A model generated the notes under the pieces. It did not search any database. It was not told the origin of the DNA and saw only the letters and a list, made by a program, of their open reading frames with translations. Positions 31,048-39,871 of a stretch of 64,000 nt of DNA are shown piece after piece. Made by a program: the position numbers and the translations under genes. The stretch is from Vicinamibacteria bacterium (GTDB taxonomy: Bacteria > Acidobacteriota > Vicinamibacteria > Fen-336): positions 16,531-80,530 of the forward strand of contig JBGPBV010000004.1 of assembly GCA_041481445.1 (NCBI GenBank). Reading direction: 5' to 3'. Each line of letters starts with the position of its first letter. Within the stretch, counting starts at the first letter, position 1.

Positions 31048-31131
31048 GCTCGACACTCCTTCAACTGGGCCGCGAGCAGCGGCTAGGGATGGCAAGTAGG
31101 GGACACTTATGTCAGTCCTGGAGGGCAGCAG

Positions 31132-31161
31132 TTTGTACTCCTCGCTGGCGGGCTTTGTCAA
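31132..31161 (-). promoter_or_regulatory. candidate sigma70-type promoter for the subtilase gene (TTGACA-18-TACAAA)
   Basis: On the minus strand, TTGACA is at 31161-31156 and TACAAA at 31137-31132. A second TTGACA lies at 31183-31178. This is in a locally AT-richer intergenic region. Confidence 0.3.
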
Positions 31162-31179
31162 TGGGGCACAGGGCTCTTG

Positions 31180-32081
31180 TCAAACGCGCCCCGGCTGTCG
31201 TGCCGTCACCACGCGGCCGATCCCGCGCAGGTCGAGACGGGCGGAGGCCTCCGTCAGCCCCCCCTGCGCCATCGCGTCCGCAGTCGCGCCGTCCGCGCCG
31301 GCGCCGACCTCGACCGCGATCCATCCGCCCGGCCGGAGCAGCTCGTGGGCCTGCGCGAGCAGCCGCGCGTAGAGGGCGGCCACGCCTTCGGCGGGAACCA
31401 GAGCCGTCCGCGGATCGTGATCGCGCACCTCGGGCTCGAGGAGCGCCCACTCCTCCTCCGAGACGTAGGGCGGGTTGCTGACCACGAGGTCGATCGCCCT
31501 TCCGAGGCCGCGGACGGGATCGAGCAGGTCGCCCTCGTGGAACGTGACCCGGGGCTCGAGCCGGAGCCGCGCGGCGTTGCCCCGCGCCACGCGCAGGGCG
31601 GAGGGCGAGAGGTCGGTGGCGTGAACGCGCGCGTCCTTTCGCTCGGCGGCCAGGGACAGGGCGAGGCATCCGCTGCCGGTGCCGACGTCGACCACGAGCG
31701 GGGAGGGGACGTCGCGCAGGAGAAGGAGCGCGGTCTCGACGAGCAGCTCCGTCTCCGGGCGTGGGATCAGGACGTCCGGAGTCACGATGAACTCGTGGCG
31801 CCAGAACGCCTGTACGCCCGTCAGGTGCTGGACGGGACGCCGCCGTGCCCGCTGCTCGACCGCCTCGGCGAAGAGGGCGGCCGCGGCCGCCGGCACCGCC
31901 TCCGGCGCGCGCGCGACCACGTCCGCGCGGCTCCAGCCGAGGACGTGACGGAGGAGCAGCTCGGCGTCGAACCGGGCGGTGACGATTCCCTTCTGCTCGA
32001 GGCGCGCCGCCGCCTCGTCGAGGAGGAAGGTGACGCTCTCTTCCGGGACCGGCGCGGGAGGCCTTCCCGTGAGCAGCCGGG

Positions 32082-32085
<4 letters not shown>
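31180..32085 (-). CDS. prmC: peptide chain release factor N5-glutamine methyltransferase; start non-canonical or uncertain
   Basis: Has [43 protein letters not shown] and NPPY. No ATG/GTG/TTG lies between the prfA stop and the conserved N-terminal helices. CTG at 32085 forms a CTGA overlap with the prfA stop. Confidence 0.85.
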
Positions 32086-33173
<1,088 letters not shown>

Positions 33174-33310
33174 TTTCTAGTACCAGGGGGTTGCTCCTCA
33201 TGCGGCCGAATGCAACCCCCTACGCCCTTCGGGCTACCCCCTGCCCGCTCGCGGCGAAGTGAATTCGCCGCTCGCTTTCTTGCCCGCGATCGCCCCTGCC
33301 CGCTCGCGCG

Positions 33311-33349
33311 CAAACAAAACCCCGGTGCCCCAGCACGGGGCGACCGGGG
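33311..33349 (-). terminator. intrinsic terminator downstream of rpmE
   Basis: 12-bp interrupted GC stem (33320-33331 / 33337-33349, one bulge). On the minus strand it is followed by TTTTGTTTG. It begins 14 nt after the rpmE stop. Confidence 0.7.
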
Positions 33350-33363
33350 TGTCCGGGGCCGGG

Positions 33364-33594
33364 CTACGCCTTGGCCGGAGCCGGTGCGTCCTTCTTCTTG
33401 CCCCACTTCCGCGTGAACTTCTCGATCTGGCCCGCGGAGTCGATGAGGCGCTGCTTGCCCGTGAAGAACGGGTGGCAGTTGGAGCAGATCTCCAGGCGCA
33501 GCTCCTGACCCTTCGTGGACCGCGTGGTCCAGGTCGCGCCGCAGGCGCAGTGGACGTTCACGGTGACGTAATCGGGATGGATCCCAGGCTTCAT
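33364..33594 (-). CDS. rpmE: 50S ribosomal protein L31
   Basis: [19 protein letters not shown]...[26 protein letters not shown], 76 aa. I use the internal ATG at 33594. Confidence 0.95.
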   Translation of the reverse strand: MKPGIHPDYVTVNVHCACGATWTTRSTKGQELRLEICSNCHPFFTGKQRLIDSAGQIEKFTRKWGKKKDAPAPAKA

Positions 33595-33784
33595 GACACT
33601 CCCCAGTGGCGGCCGCAGGCCGCCGGGCTCTCGCACGCCGCGGCCGGCGAGCGGCGGCAACCGTCAATAATAGCAGTTCCGGCCCTGCCGGCTCAAGGGT
33701 GGTCCTCGCAACGTGGAGGAGGTCCGAGGAGTAGGGTCCCGGAGGGCCCGTGGTTCAACCCTTTCCGGCCCGAGCGGTCAAAAG

Positions 33785-35221
33785 ATGCAAATGACGGCGA
33801 TCCGACCCGCCACCGCGGTCGACATCGGGCCAAGGCTGGCCCGTTACGCGCTGAGCCGGCTCGGCTTCGGCCCTCGGCCCGGGCAGATCCGCCAGGTCCT
33901 CGCCCAGGGCCTGCAGCGCTACGTCGAGGAGCAGCTCGATCCCGCTCCCGATCCCGATCTGGAGACGCGGCTGCGGGGACTGCGCACCCTCGACTACCCG
34001 ATCGCCCAGGTGCTCGCGCTCAACAACGCGGACGACCGCGCGATCGGCCCGATCGTGGACGAGTTCGTGGCGGCCAAGCTCATCCGCGCCGCCCATGCCC
34101 GCAACCAGCTCCAGGAGGTCCTGGTCGACTTCTGGTTCAACCACTTCAACGTCAACATCGGCGACGGGTTCGTGCGCTACAGCGTGATGTCCTACGAGCG
34201 GGACGCGATCCGGCCGCACGTGCTCGGGCGGTTCCGCGACCTCCTGGGCGCCACCGCCACCCACCCCGCGATGCTGTACTACCTCGACAACTACCTGAGC
34301 GCGGCCACCCGCTACGACGCCAGCGGGCGCCTGATCCAGGGGATCAACGAGAACTACGGCCGCGAGCTGATGGAGCTGCACACCGTGGGCGTGGACGCCG
34401 GCTACACCCAGGAGCACGTCTTCGACTCCGCGCGCTGCTTCACGGGCTGGGGCATCGACAACCTGCGCACGAGCGGCGCCTTCGTCTACCGCCCGGCCCA
34501 GCACGACACCGGCGCCAAGTCCGTCTTCGGGCTGAACGTGCCCGCGGGCGGCGGGCGCGACGACGGCGAGAAGCTGCTCGACTACCTGGCCGCCCACCCC
34601 TCGACCGCGCGGTTCATCTCGAAGAAGCTGGCCGAGCGCTTCGTGGCCGACGTTCCGCCCTCCACCCTCCTCGACAAGATGGCGGCGGCCTTCCAGGGCT
34701 CGGGGGGCGATCTCCGGGAGGTGCTGCGCCGCATGATCGACTCTCCCGAGTTCTGGGCGGGGGCCTTCGGGCCGGGAAAGCCGCGCACCGGGTTCGAGCT
34801 CACCGTCGCCGCCCTGCGCGCCGCGGACGCCCAGGTCACGTCCAGCCGGGGGGCGGCCGCCGCGGTGAGCGCGATGGGGATGCCCCTCTACCAGTGCATC
34901 CCTCCCACGGGGTACTCGAACCGCGGCGACGACTGGCTCGACCCGTCCTCGCAGCTCAACCGGATGAACTTCGCCCTCGACCTGTCCGCGAACGCGGTGG
35001 CGGGGGCGGCCGTGGACGCCCGCGCGACCGTGCGCAGCGCGTCCGGCAACCCGGACGACGCGCGCTCGGTGGCCGCTGCCCTCGACGCCGACCTCTTCGG
35101 CACGAGCCTCTCGGCCGCGACCCTGGGGGCGATCTCGCGCCTGGCCGCCGGCGGTCCGGTGAGCATCGCCACCCGCGGCCTCGGCCTGTGCCTGGCCAGC
35201 CCGGAGATGCAGACCCGATGA
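33785..35221 (+). CDS. DUF1800-family protein
   Basis: LSRLGFGPRPGQ...VDFWFNHFNV...LLGATATHPAMLYYLDN...NENYGRELMELHTVG is the DUF1800 pattern. The start is uncertain (ATG 33785, or upstream at 33713). Confidence 0.85.
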   Translation: MQMTAIRPATAVDIGPRLARYALSRLGFGPRPGQIRQVLAQGLQRYVEEQLDPAPDPDLETRLRGLRTLDYPIAQVLALNNADDRAIGPIVDEFVAAKLIRAAHARNQLQEVLVDFWFNHFNVNIGDGFVRYSVMSYERDAIRPHVLGRFRDLLGATATHPAMLYYLDNYLSAATRYDASGRLIQGINENYGRELMELHTVGVDAGYTQEHVFDSARCFTGWGIDNLRTSGAFVYRPAQHDTGAKSVFGLNVPAGGGRDDGEKLLDYLAAHPSTARFISKKLAERFVADVPPSTLLDKMAAAFQGSGGDLREVLRRMIDSPEFWAGAFGPGKPRTGFELTVAALRAADAQVTSSRGAAAAVSAMGMPLYQCIPPTGYSNRGDDWLDPSSQLNRMNFALDLSANAVAGAAVDARATVRSASGNPDDARSVAAALDADLFGTSLSAATLGAISRLAAGGPVSIATRGLGLCLASPEMQTR

Positions 35222-36438
35222 GCGAGCGCTGGGACGTCTCGCGCCGCGTCTTCCTCAAGGGGATGAGCCTGGCCGCGGTCGGCGTCGGGTTCAGCCCGTC
35301 GTCCCTCATGGTCCGCGCCGCGGAAGGGGCCGAGGCCGGCGCGCGCGTCTTCGTCCACGTGTTCTTGCGCGGGGGAGCGGACGGGCTCGCCGTCTGTCCG
35401 CCCGTGGGCGACCCCGACTACGCCTCGCTCCGCGGCTCGATCGCGCTGGCGCGCAACGCGGTCGTGGACCTCGACGGCTTCTTCGCCCTCCACCCCGGAC
35501 TCGCCCCCTTGAAGCCGGTGTTCGCGGACGGCCGGCTGGCTCTCGTGCACGCGGTGGGCAACTACGGCCTGAGCCGTTCCCATTTCGACGCCCAGGACTT
35601 CATGGAGACGGGCACCCCCGGAAACAAGACGGTGTCCACCGGCTGGCTGGACCGCACGATCGCGGCGATCCCGGGATCGGACGTGACCCAGGCCGTGTCG
35701 TTCTCCGCGCAGCTCACCCGCTCGTTCCTGGGCCCCGAGCCCGTGCTCGTGGCCCAGACCCTCGCCAACTTCGACCTGCGCGCCCGCAACTGGCGCCCGG
35801 AGGCGGATGCGCTGCTGCGCGCGATGTACCAGGCGGACGCGAGCGAGGTCGGCCGCAACGGCCAGGAGACCTTCGCCGCCATGGACGTCCTCCTGCGCAC
35901 GCCGGCCCTCAGCGCCCCCGCCCAGAACGGGGCGGCGTACCCGAATGCCTCGGTCGGGAGCTCGCTGCGCCAGGCCGCCCAGGTCATCCGCGCCGGCCTG
36001 GGCGCGCGCTGCATCTTCGTAAACGTGGGCGGCGCCTTCGACACGCACTCCGGCCAGCTCGCGGCCAACCAGCTCGAGTTCGCGCGCCTGGGCGAGGCGC
36101 TGGCCGCGTTCGACCAGGACCTGGGCCCGCTCATGGACGACGTGGTCGTCCTGGTGAGCACGGAGTTCGGGCGGGCCGCCTACGTGAACGGCTCCGCCGG
36201 CACCGACCACGGGTCCGCCCACTGCGCGCTCGTGATGGGCGGCCGCGTGCGCGGAGGCCGCGTCTACGGCCGCTGGCCCGGCCTCGCGAAGAGCCAGCTC
36301 TACCAGGAGCGCGACCTGGCCGTGACCACCGACTTCCGCGACCTGTTCGCGGAGATGGCCCGCGCCCAGCTCGGCGTCGATCCGGCCGCCCTGTTCCCCG
36401 GGTACACGCCGGGGCCGGGGCTGGGCATCGTCGGCTGA
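35218..36438 (+). CDS. DUF1501-family (sulfatase/phosphatase-fold) protein with Tat signal
   Basis: ATGA overlap with the DUF1800 gene. Twin-arginine motif SRRVFLKG. Also ...FDTHSGQ...VLVSTEFGR...GTDHG. Confidence 0.9.
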   Translation: MSERWDVSRRVFLKGMSLAAVGVGFSPSSLMVRAAEGAEAGARVFVHVFLRGGADGLAVCPPVGDPDYASLRGSIALARNAVVDLDGFFALHPGLAPLKPVFADGRLALVHAVGNYGLSRSHFDAQDFMETGTPGNKTVSTGWLDRTIAAIPGSDVTQAVSFSAQLTRSFLGPEPVLVAQTLANFDLRARNWRPEADALLRAMYQADASEVGRNGQETFAAMDVLLRTPALSAPAQNGAAYPNASVGSSLRQAAQVIRAGLGARCIFVNVGGAFDTHSGQLAANQLEFARLGEALAAFDQDLGPLMDDVVVLVSTEFGRAAYVNGSAGTDHGSAHCALVMGGRVRGGRVYGRWPGLAKSQLYQERDLAVTTDFRDLFAEMARAQLGVDPAALFPGYTPGPGLGIVG

Positions 36439-36458
36439 GCCCCGAGGAGAAGACCCGC

Positions 36459-36995
36459 ATGCGACCACTCCTGGCCGCCGCCGCGTTCGTCGTGCTCCTC
36501 GCTCCCCGCGCCTGGCCGCAGGACCACCCCCGGAGCGATCTCTTCGCGGGCTACTCCCTCGTGCGCGAGGACGGGGAGAGCCTGCACGGCGGCGAGCTGG
36601 CGTTCGCCTACCACTTCTCGGGCCTGCTCGCGGTCGCGACCGACCTCGACTGGCACACCCACACCGTCGAGGGGACCGACCACACCACCGCCGCCGCCCT
36701 GATCGGTCCGCGCCTCTCGTTCGCCTCGGGTGCGCTCCGGCCCTTCGTCCACCTGCTCGTGGGCGCCGTGCGCGACCGCGACTCGATCCAGGTGTTCAGC
36801 CAGACGATCAGCGAGAGCCATACGAACGTGGGAGGCGCGGCCGGCGGGGGGGCCGACGTCGGCCGCGGCCGCGTGGCCGCCCGCCTCCAGGCGGACTACC
36901 GGTTCGCGCGGCGCGCGGACGAGACGGGGAAGGAGACGCTACAGGGCGACCTGCGCTTCTCGGTCGGCGTCGTGTTGCGGATGGGGGCGCGGTAG
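36459..36995 (+). CDS. small outer-membrane beta-barrel-like protein
   Basis: Signal peptide MRPLLAAAAFVVLLAPRAWPQ. Alternating-strand pattern (DLFAGYSLV, GGELAFAYHF, RLQADYRF, LRFSVGVVLR). Family unassigned. Confidence 0.6.
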   Translation: MRPLLAAAAFVVLLAPRAWPQDHPRSDLFAGYSLVREDGESLHGGELAFAYHFSGLLAVATDLDWHTHTVEGTDHTTAAALIGPRLSFASGALRPFVHLLVGAVRDRDSIQVFSQTISESHTNVGGAAGGGADVGRGRVAARLQADYRFARRADETGKETLQGDLRFSVGVVLRMGAR

Positions 36996-37001
36996 GCCCG
37001 A

Positions 37002-38591
37002 TCAGGGCCCGGTCAGCGAGCCGTAGTAGCGCTCGCGGAACGCCCTCTCGGAGGCGAGGTCCTTCAGGACGAACGCGACGTCGGAGAGCTTGAGGAACAG
37101 CGACGGCTGGTCCGGCGCCCGCCGCGCCGCCTCCTCGTAGAGCTCGCGGGCCTCCGCCGCCTCCCCGAGCTCGAAAGCGGCGTCCCCCGCCCGCTCCAGC
37201 CACGGCACCGCCGGAGGTGAAGCAGCCCGCGCCCTCGAGAGAGCGAGCTCCCGCGCCTCCCTCCACCGGCGGTCCCACAGCAGCACCGAGTAGTAGCGCT
37301 CGGAGGCCGCGGCATCGCCTCGCTCGGCAGCGGGACGCAGGGTCTCCTGCGCCGCCGCGAGGTCGCCCATGGCCACGGCCAGGCGCGCGGAGACGATCGC
37401 GTAGCGAGGATCGTCCGCCCATTCGGCGCCGATGGCGGCCAGGCGGTCCCCCGCGTCCTGATGCCGGCCGAGGACGACCAGGGCGAGCGCGGCGTCGAGG
37501 TCGTAGATCCGGCCGGCGGGCGCCGCGGAGGCCGCCCGCTCGAATCGCTCGAGCGCGGTGGCGGCGTCGCCCTCTTCGAGGGCCTTGCACCCCTCGCGCC
37601 ACTGCGCGACCGCGCCGAGCAGGCGCCGGCGCGCGTCGTCCGCCGGCAGCGTGTCGCGCCCGTCACCGCGTCCGGCGGAGGCGAGGGCGTCTTCGAGCAG
37701 GGCCAGACCGCGTGGGCCGAGCGCGTCCGCGTCCGCGATCCCCAGCTCGGCCAGGGTGCTGGGGGGGAGGCAGCGCGGCTTCTCCTCCTGGGTCCGGCGG
37801 TACTCGGCGAAGGCGTCGACGAACAGCTTCCGCCGGCCGGGGGCCACCAGGGGGGGCACCGCCACCACCCCGCTGGCCCCGATCACCACGTCGTCCACGA
37901 AGTAGGTGACGTCGGAGGCGTCCTCCGTGGGGTCGGAGATGAACGAGAAGATGTCCACCGCCGAGTGCGCCTGGCTGGCCGCGCCCGGCTGGTTGCGCAG
38001 GTCCACGATCGTCTGCGTGCTCCCCTCCTCGCGGATGGTCAGGTCGTAGCGTCCGCGGTCCACGTCGTAGACGACCTCCACCGTGTACCAGACGAAGCCG
38101 CGCACGGGCGCGAGCTTCTTCGGGATGCTGTCGGAGACATGGACGAAACGGCCCTCGCGCGTGGAGAGCCAGAAGGCGATGCCGTCCTTGCCGAGCTGGA
38201 ACCGACGGGGGCCGGCGAGGGCGACGTTGAGCTCCTGGTCCGGGCGCGCGGTCAGCAGGGCGAAGTGGGCGTAGACGAAGCCGGACCGCCGCTCCGGGAA
38301 GTAGCCCTGCAGCTCGGAGAAGTCGCCGTTGCCGCGAACGTCGCTGATCTCCACCGAGCGGTAGCCGCTCACGCGGAAGGCCGAGCTGAGGCCGACCTGC
38401 CCGTGGGCGGCGCGGAACACGGCGAAGGTGTCCGGGCCCGTCTCCACCGCCTCGTCGTCGAAGCCGTAGCGGACGAGCACGGTGGCCACGGCGGTGGCGG
38501 TGGGGGACGCGGGCGGGCGCGGCGGCCCCGGCTCCGCCGCCGGCGCCAGCGCGGCCAGGGCTAGAGCTGCGAGCGGTACTCGGCCAGCCAT
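37002..38591 (-). CDS. secreted protein: N-terminal beta-sandwich (LamG/concanavalin-like, inferred) plus C-terminal TPR-like helical repeats
   Basis: Signal peptide MAGRVPLAALALAALAPAA. The N-terminal half is beta-rich (WYTVEVVYDVDRGRYDLTI...TYFVDDVVI). The C-terminal half is Ala/Arg/Glu-rich and helical. Confidence 0.65.
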   Translation of the reverse strand: MAGRVPLAALALAALAPAAEPGPPRPPASPTATAVATVLVRYGFDDEAVETGPDTFAVFRAAHGQVGLSSAFRVSGYRSVEISDVRGNGDFSELQGYFPERRSGFVYAHFALLTARPDQELNVALAGPRRFQLGKDGIAFWLSTREGRFVHVSDSIPKKLAPVRGFVWYTVEVVYDVDRGRYDLTIREEGSTQTIVDLRNQPGAASQAHSAVDIFSFISDPTEDASDVTYFVDDVVIGASGVVAVPPLVAPGRRKLFVDAFAEYRRTQEEKPRCLPPSTLAELGIADADALGPRGLALLEDALASAGRGDGRDTLPADDARRRLLGAVAQWREGCKALEEGDAATALERFERAASAAPAGRIYDLDAALALVVLGRHQDAGDRLAAIGAEWADDPRYAIVSARLAVAMGDLAAAQETLRPAAERGDAAASERYYSVLLWDRRWREARELALSRARAASPPAVPWLERAGDAAFELGEAAEARELYEEAARRAPDQPSLFLKLSDVAFVLKDLASERAFRERYYGSLTGP

Positions 38592-39205
38592 CGCCGCCAG
38601 GCCTCGACCGCCTGGGCCCGCGCCGCCTTTGGGTCCGAGAACCGGAACCCCTTGTCCTGCCCGGTCTGGATCTGCAGCACGAGGGCCGAGATGCGGCGCA
38701 CGTCGGTCTTGGGATCGTCGAGGGCGCGGATGAGGCCCTCGTAGAGGTGGACCTTCTGCGCCGGGGTCAGATGGATCTGGTCGTAGGCGAGCGCGCAGGC
38801 CGCCTTGTCGCGGAAGAGGATCTCGGCGTCGTTCTGCATGTTGTCGAGCAGCACGTCCACCACCGCCACGTCGTCGCTCACGCGCCCGAGCGCGTATTGC
38901 ACGGAGATGCGCAGGCCCTGGCTCGGGGTGTGGACGTCCTTCATCAGCGCGTCCCGGGCCTCCGGCGACTTCCAGCCCAGGCGGTAGAACAGGCCGGCCA
39001 GGCGCTGCTTCGCGGGCTCGTCGGCGGCGGAATAGAGGCGCGCCAGCCGCGGCATCACGGAAGGGCCCATGGCCTTGATCGCCTCGAAGTCGTCGGAGGC
39101 CACGGCACGTTCCAGATCGGATGGGGGCGGGGCGGCGTGAATGGAAACCGCCGCCGCGGTCACGGCGGCGAGGGTCAGGATCGCCAGACCAAGCACGCGC
39201 ACCAC
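38561..39205 (-). CDS. secreted HEAT/ARM-like repeat protein
   Basis: Signal peptide MVRVLGLAILTLAAVTAAAVSIHA. Helical repeats (PRLARLYSAADEPAKQRLAG..., RISVQYALGRV..., RRISALVLQI). The domain call is tentative. Confidence 0.6.
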   Translation of the reverse strand: MVRVLGLAILTLAAVTAAAVSIHAAPPPSDLERAVASDDFEAIKAMGPSVMPRLARLYSAADEPAKQRLAGLFYRLGWKSPEARDALMKDVHTPSQGLRISVQYALGRVSDDVAVVDVLLDNMQNDAEILFRDKAACALAYDQIHLTPAQKVHLYEGLIRALDDPKTDVRRISALVLQIQTGQDKGFRFSDPKAARAQAVEAWRRWLAEYRSQL

Positions 39206-39247
39206 GCGCCTCCAGCCGAGCGATTGTACGGGGGGCAGCCTCAGGCG

Positions 39248-39871
39248 TCAGTGGCGGGCGTCACGCAGGACCGGATAGAACTGCACGAACACGTTGTCGA
39301 CGGCGGCGTGCTGGCGGTGGCACTCGAAGCAGGACCCGCGCGGGAAGGCCCGGGCCGAGAGCTCGGATCCGTCGCCGAAGCTGAAATAGCCCCATCCGTC
39401 CTTGAGCCGCGCGTCCTTGACCGCCGCCTCCACCGCCACCCTCTTGCCTTCGAAGAGGCCGTGGCGGCTGGGCGCCACCTTCTCCGCCGCCTCGTGCAGC
39501 TCGAGCACGAGCACGGTGCGGTCGGGGAAGGTCCCGGTGCGCAGGAAGGCGTCGTAGGACTCCGGGCGCAGGTAGACGTGATGGAACTCTTCCGGGCCGT
39601 GGCCACGCGCGCCCTCGGCGTACGACAGGCCGAGCGACGCCCCCACGAACACCCATTCGTGGTACCCCTCCGGGCGCAGGAGCGCGCCGCTCGGGTCGTA
39701 GGCCGGGCCGCTCGTGGTCCTCGGCGTGGGATCGGCCGCCATCGGCTCGATCGAGGCCGCCGCCCGCGTGGTCGCGGTGCGGCCGGCGGAGGCGACGAGC
39801 AGCGCGCCCGCGGCCATCACGCGCAGCACGCGCAGCACGCGCCGCGCGCGGGAGGCGCGCCGGCCGCTCAT
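39248..39871 (-). CDS. cytochrome P460 / c-prime-beta family haem protein
   Basis: ATGA overlap with the permease stop. N-terminal signal/Tat-like Arg-rich leader. A C-terminal CFECH (CxxCH) is followed by AAVDNVFVQFYPVL, as I recall for the P460 family. Confidence 0.75.
   Translation of the reverse strand: MSGRRASRARRVLRVLRVMAAGALLVASAGRTATTRAAASIEPMAADPTPRTTSGPAYDPSGALLRPEGYHEWVFVGASLGLSYAEGARGHGPEEFHHVYLRPESYDAFLRTGTFPDRTVLVLELHEAAEKVAPSRHGLFEGKRVAVEAAVKDARLKDGWGYFSFGDGSELSARAFPRGSCFECHRQHAAVDNVFVQFYPVLRDARH

Noticed and set aside
26524-31086. A 1520-aa plus-strand ORF, and many other long ORFs antisense or out of frame to called genes (e.g. 257-1819-, 1816-3234-, 14291-16018-, 17244-18908+, 40156-42651+, 51518-53311+, 53926-56460+).
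   Set aside because: These are typical high-GC shadow ORFs. Their translations are Arg/Gly/Ala/Pro/Asp-rich and low in complexity, with no motifs. The opposite or alternate frame carries unmistakable conserved proteins.
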